From contig NC_058368.1 in assembly GCF_018350175.1 (NCBI RefSeq), forward strand, positions 82,028,001-82,092,000: a stretch of DNA of 64,000 bases, given 5' to 3'. The notes beneath the pieces are model-generated. The model searched no databases. It was given only the letters and a program-made list of their open reading frames with translations, and was not told the DNA's origin. Below, piece by piece: positions 55,015 through 64,000 of this stretch. Source of the DNA: Felis catus (Eukaryota). Within the stretch, counting starts at the first letter, position 1; every line of letters starts with the position of its first letter. The translations under genes and the position numbers were made by a program.

Positions 55015-55688
55015 GTTTTTTTGTTTTTAATGTTTATTTTTGAGAGAGAGAGAGCGCGCAAGCAAGGGAGGGGCAGAGAGAAAGGAAGACACAGAATCTG
55101 AAGCAGGCTCCAGACTCTGAGCTGTCAGCACAGGGCTCAAACTCACAAACCGTGAGATCATGACCCGAGCCAAAGCCAAGAGGTGGATGCTTAACCAACT
55201 GAGCCACCCAGTCACCATGCAGTAAATTTTAAAAAGTATTTGGGGAAAGGGCACCTGGGTGGCTCAGTCAGTTAAGTGTCCAACTTTCAGCTCAGGTCAT
55301 GATCTCATGGTTCGTGGCCTCTGTGCTGACAGCTCAGAGCCTGGAGCCTGTTTCAGATTCTGTGTCTCCCCCACTGTCTTCTCTGCCCTTCCCCTACTCA
55401 TGCTGTATGTCTCTCTCCCAAAAATAAACATGAAAAAAATAAAAATAAAAAAGATAAAAGTGTCTGGGGAATAGTTATGGAAACCAAATACATTAAGTGT
55501 TTTATTTATTTTTGAGAGAGTGTGTGTGCGCGTGTGCGTAAGAGGGTAAGGGGCAGAGAGAGGGGGACAGAGGATCTAAAGTGGGCTCCCCGCCGACAGC
55601 AGAGAGCCCAGTGTCAGGTTCGAACTCAGACCTCGAGATCATGACCTGAGCCAAAGTTGATGCTTAACTGACTGAGCCTCCCAGGCAC
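55015..55688. mobile_element. CAN-SINE cluster: minus 55015-55210, plus 55249-55459, minus 55494-55688
   Basis: Three SINEs in alternating orientation. Confidence 0.88.
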
Positions 55689-56368
55689 TTGCCCTGTGGA
55701 CTTCTTACACACATACCATGCACAGAGATGCTGCCTGTCACGGAGTATTTAATGAGAGGTTTTTTTAAATCACAGAAGTAAAACTGCAGGGTCCTCATAG
55801 CCTCTGGAAAACAGCATTTCACCATGACGGCCTGTGTCCCCTGGCTGGTTTGGGGTGGAGCCGGGAAGAAAACAGCAGGGACAAGGGCCTTCTAGAAAGG
55901 ACCAAGAAAGGCACCTGGGAGCCCAGGCTGGAGACAGCCTGTCGTGAGGCTGTTTGTTCCGTTTCCAAGACTCTCTGTTTCAGGGTTTTCTTCTGTTTCT
56001 GACTCTGCTGGTTGGTCTTTGTGGTTGTCTCCTTTTTGGGTTTGTTTTAACTGGTTATTGAAGTACAGTTGATGCACCGTGTTACTTGTCTTCTCCTGTG
56101 GGCCCTCCACCTCTACTCTAGACGCTAACGTTCCCAGAGCCTATCAGCTCCCTTCTCAGCCCACACAGGCCCTCAGCCTCCAGCCTGTGAGTCCGTGGTC
56201 CTGAGCACATACGCACCAACGTCCCCAGGCTCAGACGCCCCAGATTGCTGCGGTCCCCTCCTCCCTCCCCAAGCGACTGCTGTCTGCAGGTGCCACAACT
56301 GTGTCCTGAGCTGCCTGCGGGCTCTATGCCCCCTCAGTTCCCACGTTCTCCAGGGCTTCTGTGCCCCC

Positions 56369-56435
56369 CTCCAGAAAACCTCACTCCAGAAAACCACCTC
56401 CAGAAAGTGAGCCACCTCCAGAAAACCTCACTCCA
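56369..56435. repeat. Short tandem repeat, core CTCCAGAAA
   Basis: Four cores, plus a fifth near 56494. Confidence 0.75.
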
Positions 56436-57639
56436 CCCCCATCCATCCTCAGCATTTGACTGCTGGTTAAGATTTCCCTCCCCAGATGCTTTCTCCAGAA
56501 AACCCTCTGTCACTTCCTCACCCCGCTCACTGGGCCAGGCAGGTCCATCCTGGGTGTGTCTCTTGTGGCACTTTGAGTTTGTTTGCTTCTTATTTTGAGG
56601 TGATTCAGACTTACAGAGACTTTGTGAGAATAGTTCAAAGCATTCCCAGAACGTGTTGCCTGTGTTTTCAGCACTGGCACTTGAGAGACTACATCATACC
56701 TCCTGCACCTAGTACTTTAGTGGGTACCTCCCAGAGACACTCTCGAGTCAATTACTGCCGTAACAGTTTTATCCCAGGGGGAGGGAGCCCTCTCTGCTTT
56801 TGTCCAGACACCGTCCAGGCCCCACACCACAGTTACCCCGGTCCCCTTCCCCGTATCAGCTACACCAGCCTCTTCTTTCTTAACGCTCACGCATCCCAAA
56901 ACCGCACACCAGTTTTCATGAATTATGTCCACTGGGCTCATCCAGCAAGGGTCCCACACAATTTGCTCAGCCAACAGCACATCAGGAGGTACCTGCTGTC
57001 CGTTTGCCCCCGTCTGTTGGTGTCCCATGTTGTCGTTGGTTAAGGCTTTAGCTGGCTTCTTCTCTGTGTGGTTAGTGTTTCTCCTGTTGTACTTTTGAAG
57101 TAATCTGTGGGAAGGTACGTGGACGTGGTATGGACCTCCTCTCCCCCACCAGATTCTCCTGCTGGGCGATCCCTGCTCAGATCCACTTCGCCTTGGTCAG
57201 CAGTGACCGTCTCTGTCCTCCTCTGGACAGACTCGCGGACTCCTGGTTGCTTGCTCCGATGCCCCTGTTGTCTGCCATCCAGCTGCTGGAGCCCCTGTCA
57301 GCTCCTCTGTCCTTATACTGGCCCTCGTGGTTTCCTGGTACTTTTTTGTTGTCTAGCAAGAGATGCTGAAGGTTTACTGTACTGGCCTTTGTAAAAATAC
57401 GCCCACAGTGTAAACACAGGGGAGGAAGCCATGGGGGAAACGGACTGCAGCTCACATTTCAAGCCGTACAGCTGAGCGGCACCTGCGTCCAGTGCAGAAC
57501 TTTGTCATTGTGGCAAACAGAACCCTGCCCCCGTGGGGTTGAGTGTTCACTCCTGCTCCAGTGCCCAAGCCTGGGCACCTGCTGGCCCGCTAACGCGGGA
57601 CTTGCCCGCTCTGGGTTTTAACATAACTGCAGTCACACT

Positions 57640-58490
57640 TGGTGGCCTTCCGTGTCTGACCTCTTCCACTCACCGTGCGGGTTCCACAACGTGTAGCCCA
57701 CATCGTGCTTCCTTTGTGAAGGCTGAATGATGTTCCACTGTGTGTGTGGACCAAGTTCTGTCCCTCCGGCCAGCTGGCTGACCACGGACACTTGAAAGGT
57801 GCGTTTACCTTTCGGCCACTGTGAATAACGCTGCCGTGAGCACAAGTGTGCAGAAATCTGTGTCCTGGTTTTCAGAGCCTCTGGTACACACCCAGGAGTG
57901 GAGATGCAGGTGAGAAGCTGGTTTTCCACTGCAGCTGCAGCCTGTTAACGTTTCCATCAGCAACACGGCTTCCAGTTTCCCCATATCCTCCTCAGTATTT
58001 GTTATTCTGGTTTTTGATTGGAGCCATCTTCGTGGGTATGAATTGGTATCTCGTTTTGGTCAGATTTGCTTTTCCCCAATGAATGATGATTTTGTCAAGC
58101 ATCTTTTCGTGTGCCTATTGGCCACCGTAGCTCTTCTGTGAAGAACTTTCTATGCACGTTCTTTGCCCATTTTTTACTTGTGTTATCTGTTGCTAAATTT
58201 TAAGAGTTCTGTGTATATTCTGGGCACTAGATCCTTATCAGATGTGTGATTGGCAAATATCTTCTCCCATTCTGTGAGATATCTTTTTACTTTTTTGATA
58301 GTGTTCTTTGCACAAAATTTTAGAGTTTTTGTAAAGTCCAATATGTTTTCTGTTGTTACTTTTGCTGTCATATCTAAGAACTGTTGCCACATCCAAGGTC
58401 TTGAAAATTTACCTCTGTTTTCTGCTAAGAGTTTTATCGATACTCATTCTTACATGTGAGTGGGTCTCTGTTCCATTTTGAGCCTGGGAT
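57640..58490 (-). mobile_element. Old LINE-1 ORF2/3' UTR fragment
   Basis: Decayed ORF2 peptide FCAKNTIKKVKRYLTEWEKIFANHTSDKDLVPRIY on the minus strand. Confidence 0.8.
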
Positions 58491-58683
58491 TGTAATTGGC
58501 ACATAATAAGCACCCAGTGTTAGCTGCTGTCCTCTTACCATGATGATTATGACCACTCCTAGGAATTAATCACAAGGAAAAAGTTTTTAGGAAGTTCATC
58601 ACCTTATTAGCTTTTATTGGTTGAATGTCATGTAGCACCAAGTATGTTTTCTTTTTTTGCAAATTATTTGTTAAGTTGACTTC

Positions 58684-59561
58684 ACACCCCCGGTGCAGAG
58701 CCCAACATGGGGCTTGAACTCATGACCCTGAGATCAAGAGTTGGATGCTTAACCCACTGAGCCACCCAGGTGCCTCTAGATATGTTTTCTGAAAGAGTCG
58801 TTGTCTTTTGGATATATACTACAATACTTAGAAACGAAATGATAATTGTGCCTGGAATCTGATGTGGTTGAATGTGGGTGTGGGTGATAATTCTGAAGTG
58901 TGAGGATGGGGTTGCTGGGCAGATGCAAGGCCGACGGGCATCCTGACCAAAGGCACCGCTTGTACAGAGCGCAGAGGAGCTGACAGATGCCCCAGGCAGG
59001 GAGAGCGGGCCTTCGCTCCCTCGCTGATGCCCTGAGCTCTCTGTCCAGAGGGGGACAGTCACAAGTCGCTATGAATGCCCTCAGAGCCAAGAACAGTTGG
59101 AGAAGGCCTCTGTGAGGAAGGGGCTCTAAAGATGACCAGGGGGTTACAGAGGGGTGTCCCTAGGCGGAAGCCTGAGGAAGACAGCACAGCGTACTCGTCC
59201 AGTGGGGGAACACAGGACAGGCCAGTGCAATCAGTGGTTCTGGAGGACAGGACCTTGGCAAGCCTTGGAAGGGTTTTACTCTTTATTTTTATTTCTTTTT
59301 AATATTTGTTCACTTTAGAGAAAGAGCATGTGAGCTGGGGAGGTGGAGAGAGAGGGGGACAGAAGATCTGAAGTGGGTTTTGTGCTGACAGCAGAGAGCC
59401 AACGTGGGGCTTAAATTCATGAGCCGTGAGATCATGACCTGAACCGAAGTCAGACGTTTAACTGAGTCACCCAGGCGCCTCAGAATCTTTTTTTGTTTGT
59501 TTATTTTTGAGGGCGGGGGAAGCATGCACACATGGTTGAGCGTAAGCAGAGAAGGGGCAGA

Positions 59562-59603
<42 letters not shown>

Positions 59604-60656
59604 TAAGCGGGCTCTACCCTATCAGCATGTGGGCTTGAACTCACAAACCGTGAGATCATGACCTGAGCCAAAATCAGGAGTCAGGCACTTAACCGATTGA
59701 GCCACCCAGACGCCCCAAGAATTTGACTCTTTATCCTAAGAACTTGGAAGCAGCCAAGGATGCTGACAGGGCAGTGAGCAGAGTGCAGACTATCTGGCAC
59801 ACAGGACCCTGAGGGCGCCCATGTGTCCGGGGTGGAAGGTAGACACACCAAGGAGACCTTGGAAGGAAGGGACATGAGACAAAGACATGGGGGTCTAAGC
59901 CATGAGTCACTGAAGGCAGGGAAGCCGCCTCTCACAAAGCTATTTCTGATCGAAGCCTGATAAGAAGAACCCATTGGATTTGGCAGCACGGACCATTGGC
60001 TATCCTGGCTGCAGAGCAGTGAGAATGTCGAGGGAACCGAGCAAACAAATTGAGAGGGAGTGTGCGGGACACCAGAAAATGCACCCTGAAACACTGTCAG
60101 ACAGCAGAACCCGTCTGTAAGCAGGAGGCCATGGGTGGGGAGGGCTGGACACCGGGAGAAGGAGGAGGGGCTTCAAAGGAGTGAGACCACAGCAGTAAAG
60201 AACTGTGAGAGGGACGCCTGGGGGGGCTCAGTCAGTTGAGTGTCCAACTCTTGACTTCGGCTCAGGTCGTCATCTCAGGGTTCATGAGTTCGAGCCCCGC
60301 ATTGGGCTCTATGCTGACAGCTCGGAGCCTGCTTGGGATTCTCTTGCTCTCTCTCTGCCCCTCCCCTGCTTGCTAGAACACTCTCTCTCTTCTCTCTCTC
60401 AAAAATAAACTTGAAAAAAAAGAACCACGAGGGGCGCCTGGGTGGCTCAGTCGATTGGGTGCCTGACTTCAGCTCAGGTCATGATCTCATGGTTCATGGG
60501 TTTGAGCCCCGCATTGGGCTCTTGCTGACAGCTTGGAGCCTGGAGCCTGCTTCAGATTCTGTGTCTCCCTCTCTCTGCCCTCCCCCCACTTGTGCTCTTT
60601 CTGTCTCTAAAATAAATAAACATCAAAAAAAATTTAAAAAAAAAAAAAAAAAAAAA
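58684..60656. mobile_element. CAN-SINE cluster: minus 58684-58774, 59282-59480, 59487-59716; plus 60209-60421, 60430-60656
   Basis: Recognisable SINE heads and tails; (GA)n at about 59564-59599. Confidence 0.88.
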
Positions 60657-61136
60657 GAACCACAAGAAAGTTTAGAAGGTAGGAGAAATCCTCCCAGAAA
60701 GTAACGATGGAAACAGTGGCACGTCATGCCTCCTATACAAGACTGTCTCCGGTGCTTTCCAGTGCCCTCCCAGCCTCACCACAGCCTGCTTCCCAGCACC
60801 CTCCCAGCCTCACCACAACCTGGCAGGATACAGCTGGGCCTGCAGATGGTCTCTGTGGTCTTGACTGCATGTGCCACTGGCCAGGGGAGCCACAGCATGG
60901 GCTGTGGAGACTGAGGAACACAACCTGTCTGTGCATTAAGTACCACTTGAAGCAGCACCCGTGTGGGAGGCAGACCCCAGTGTGCCAGAGTGGCAGACAT
61001 TTGCACAGGTAACAGAATAATCCAAAGAAACACTGTCAAAATACAGAACTGATGTTTTCATTCAGCTGTGAAAAATTTTGAAAGCTTTGTAAATTAAGCA
61101 GTATATGGTTCTTTGGATGTGTGGTGTTTAGCATAA

Positions 61137-61301
<165 letters not shown>

Positions 61302-61516
61302 TAGACAAATAACATATAAATATGTTAATAGAATATTTTCAATTGTGGTTGATCTTTGGTAACAAACAAAGGAAAAGGTCATTCGGCATAACTCCGTACT
61401 GCCTTTTCTTGGTCAATGATAATAAACAGCTGAAGGATTAATATTCCAATCAATAAAGTCAATAAAAAGTCAATAAAAATAGAAAGCATTTACCTAGCTG
61501 AAAAAAGAGCAAAGGA

Positions 61517-61609
61517 GTGCTCGCTTCAACAGCACATGTGCTAGAATAGGAATGATACAGAAATCAGTGCAGCGACCCGGAATGTGTGAAGCTTCCAGGT
61601 TTAAAAAAA
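61517..61609 (+). pseudogene. Degenerate U6 snRNA retropseudogene
   Basis: GTGCTCGCTTCAACAGCACATGTGCTAGAATAGGAATGATACAGA resembles the U6 5' end and GTGAAGCTTCCA the 3' end; A-tail; flanking direct repeat AGCAAAGGA at 61508-61516 and 61616-61624. Confidence 0.85.
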
Positions 61610-62305
61610 GAAGAAAGCAAAGGATGTGAAGAGGCAACTCATAAAAGCAAGACTAAGAAATCAAATTCATTGAAAACCTGCTCTATTTCTCTGCCAAACA
61701 TTTGCAAATTACAGTCCAGTGAAATGCCACATTTCGAGTACTGATTGGTCAAGGCTAAAACCTCGAGGAACAGCGCCATACAGAGCGTGCTTTGGTCTCA
61801 CATCTCCCGCCTCCAAAGTCACAGGCTTTGTTACACTGGTGCCAGTTCCAGAAATGCATCATAATAAGACGTTTTCACAGAGCAGTGAATAAGCCCGTTT
61901 GTCGCGGTGCTATTGCTAAAAGGGACGTTATACAAGAGGAAAGTGCAGACGGTGTTTTGATACCAGAAAGAAGCAGGTCACAAAACAATGCCTGCATGTT
62001 CCTGTTTAACTTCAGCTTTGTAAATAAGATTCAGTTGTATACACCAAGCAAAAAATTTACAGAATGACTACTTTGCTAGCTGTTACCATGCACTAGGCAC
62101 GTATCCTATAAATCCTATGTGCATGGATACTACGTATGTAAATTGCATGTATCCTCTCCTGCCTCTGCAGACCAGGTGGGGCAGCCATGCTTCCCCACCT
62201 CCACCCAGAGAGGCCGGTCCTGGGGGTGAAGCCCTCTAGACCCCAGCCGCTTTCCTGCACACAGAGCTCACAGGTTTACACGGGGTGCGTCCCATGCTCT
62301 TTCAG

Positions 62306-62411
62306 GGGAAGAAGGAGTTCCAGGTGTCCCTGTTCCAGACACTGGTGCTTCTCATGTTCAACGAAGGGGACGGATTCAGCTTTGAAGAAATAAAAATGGC
62401 CACAGGGATAG
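62306..62411 (+). CDS. CUL4A: CUL4A coding exon 17
   Basis: tttcag|GGG AAG...ATA G|gtaaga; [35 protein letters not shown]; 106 nt. Confidence 0.96.
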
Positions 62412-62570
62412 GTAAGAGTCCTCACTCCGTGACTGTGTGGCCTCCGCGTGTCCTTGTTGTTAGAGATCAGCCCAGTCTCTGCCCGTCACACATGAGTGTG
62501 GGGTGTCTTTCACCATTGTCACGTGTCCTCATTTCGGTGCTAGTCTGTGCCCAATTCTCTCCCCACCCAG

Positions 62571-62743
62571 AGGACGGTGAGCTGCGAAGAACGTTGCAGT
62601 CCCTGGCCTGCGGCAAAGCACGAGTTCTGGTTAAGAGTCCCAAAGGGAAGGAGGTGGAAGACGGGGACACATTCATGTTCAACGGGGAGTTCAAGCACAA
62701 ACTGTTTCGAATAAAGATCAACCAGATCCAGATGAAGGAAACC
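62571..62743 (+). CDS. CUL4A: CUL4A coding exon 18 (last exon in window)
   Basis: cacccag|AG GAC GGT...GAA ACC|gtacgt; (E)[57 protein letters not shown]; 173 nt. Confidence 0.95.
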
Positions 62744-63267
62744 GTACGTATAAGCTTTCTTGTGTCACTCACTGGGTACTTACCAAGGACTCATTCGTTT
62801 GTACGGTCAATTCCTAAGTCTTGTAAGAGCACTTTAACGTGGGAGGGGTGGTGAGGTGGTGGCTGTCACAGGCCCACTGGAGTGTTTGTAGCAGCGAAGA
62901 CATTCTCAAGTGTCTCATGTCCAGGGCAGGTCCTGGACCACCACCCTCAGGCCCTTCCGAACAAGGGAGCCCTTGCAGCCTGAAGTGCTGCCACGCAGGG
63001 GAGGGGGGAGGCAGTGGGCCCTGACGTGTAAATGAGGAGAGGCCTTGTGAAGGCACCAACCCATTCAGACAAGACCAGGGCAGCGTCACAGCTTCTTCAC
63101 CCCCCTCAGTCGAGTGTGGTCGCTCCCTTACCTGGAAGTGTTCAGGTGGAGCCCGGTGGGAAAAGAAGTTCAGATTACACAAAAAGAAATGCAAAAGATC
63201 AGTAAGTATATGAAAGATGTTCATTCTCATCAGTAATTTTTTTTAATTCAAGTTAAAATAATACCCC

Positions 63268-63910
63268 AGGGCTGCCTGGGGGGCTCTGTCATCGAGCAGC
63301 AGACTCGTGATTTCATGGGTCCAAGCCCCACAGAGCCTCCTTGGGATTCCCTCTCTCTCACTCTCTGCCCTTTCCCCACTTGCGTGCGCTTTTTTTTTTT
63401 TTATTATTTTTATGTTTATTTTTGAGAGAGAGAGAGCATAAGCAGAGGCAGAGAGAAAGGGAGGCACAGAATCCGAAGCAGCTCCAGGCTCCAAGCTGTC
63501 AGCACAGAGCCCAACGCGGGGCTTGAACCCACAACCCGCGAGATCATGACCTGAGTCGAAGTCAGTGCTTAACTGACTGAGCCACCCAGCCGCCCCCGCT
63601 CTTTCAAATAAGTAAAAACTTTAATAAAATAATACTCCACTTTTCATCTGTCAGCATGGGAAATGTTTAAAAGTTTGATGATATCTAGAGTCGGCAAGTA
63701 TATGGGAAAACAGGCATTCTTTTTGTGCTTTTACTTGATTTTTAATGTTATTTTTGAGAGAGAACAAGGAGGGGAGGGACAGAGAGGGGGGACAAAATCC
63801 CAAGCAGGCTCTGAGCTGTCCAGCACGGAGCCCAACACAGGACTCGAACTCATGAACTGTGAGATGACCTGAGCCGAAGTCGGCACTTAACCGACTGAGC
63901 CACCCAGGTG
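63268..63910. mobile_element. CAN-SINE cluster: degenerate plus 63268-63385; minus 63389-63596 and 63720-63910
   Basis: SINE motifs. Confidence 0.85.
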
Positions 63911-64000
63911 TTCTTATTTCAAAGTGGGACTGTCACCTCTGTCCCCTGGAGATGACCTCTACTGCCACTTCGACGTGCAGGTTTTTCCTGTGGTGTAAAT

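Overview
Mammalian genomic DNA, almost certainly from a felid (many feliform CAN-SINEs and a carnivore-type LINE-1), at the PCID2-CUL4A locus. PCID2 (minus strand) contributes coding exons 1-12 (23246 down to 294; 986 coding nt) and CUL4A (plus strand) coding exons 1-18 (23760-62743; 2037 nt, 679 codons). The last exons of both genes lie outside the window. The genes are head-to-head, with ATGs about 0.5 kb apart in one CpG island. Both reading frames join without stops only if three non-canonical introns are used: a U12-type AT-AC intron in each gene and a GC-AG intron in CUL4A. The introns hold CAN-SINEs, L1, MIR, MaLR LTR and DNA-transposon remnants, a degenerate U6 retrocopy and small local duplications. 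I see no evidence of a new gene family, and nearly all ORF-track entries are chance or repeat-derived. The most interesting signals concern splicing architecture: paired minor introns under a shared promoter, a duplicated exon-6 donor, a stop-free in-frame intron, candidate poison exons and inverted SINE pairs. Exon boundaries were read base by base. Repeat boundaries and family names come from recalled consensus sequences and are approximate.
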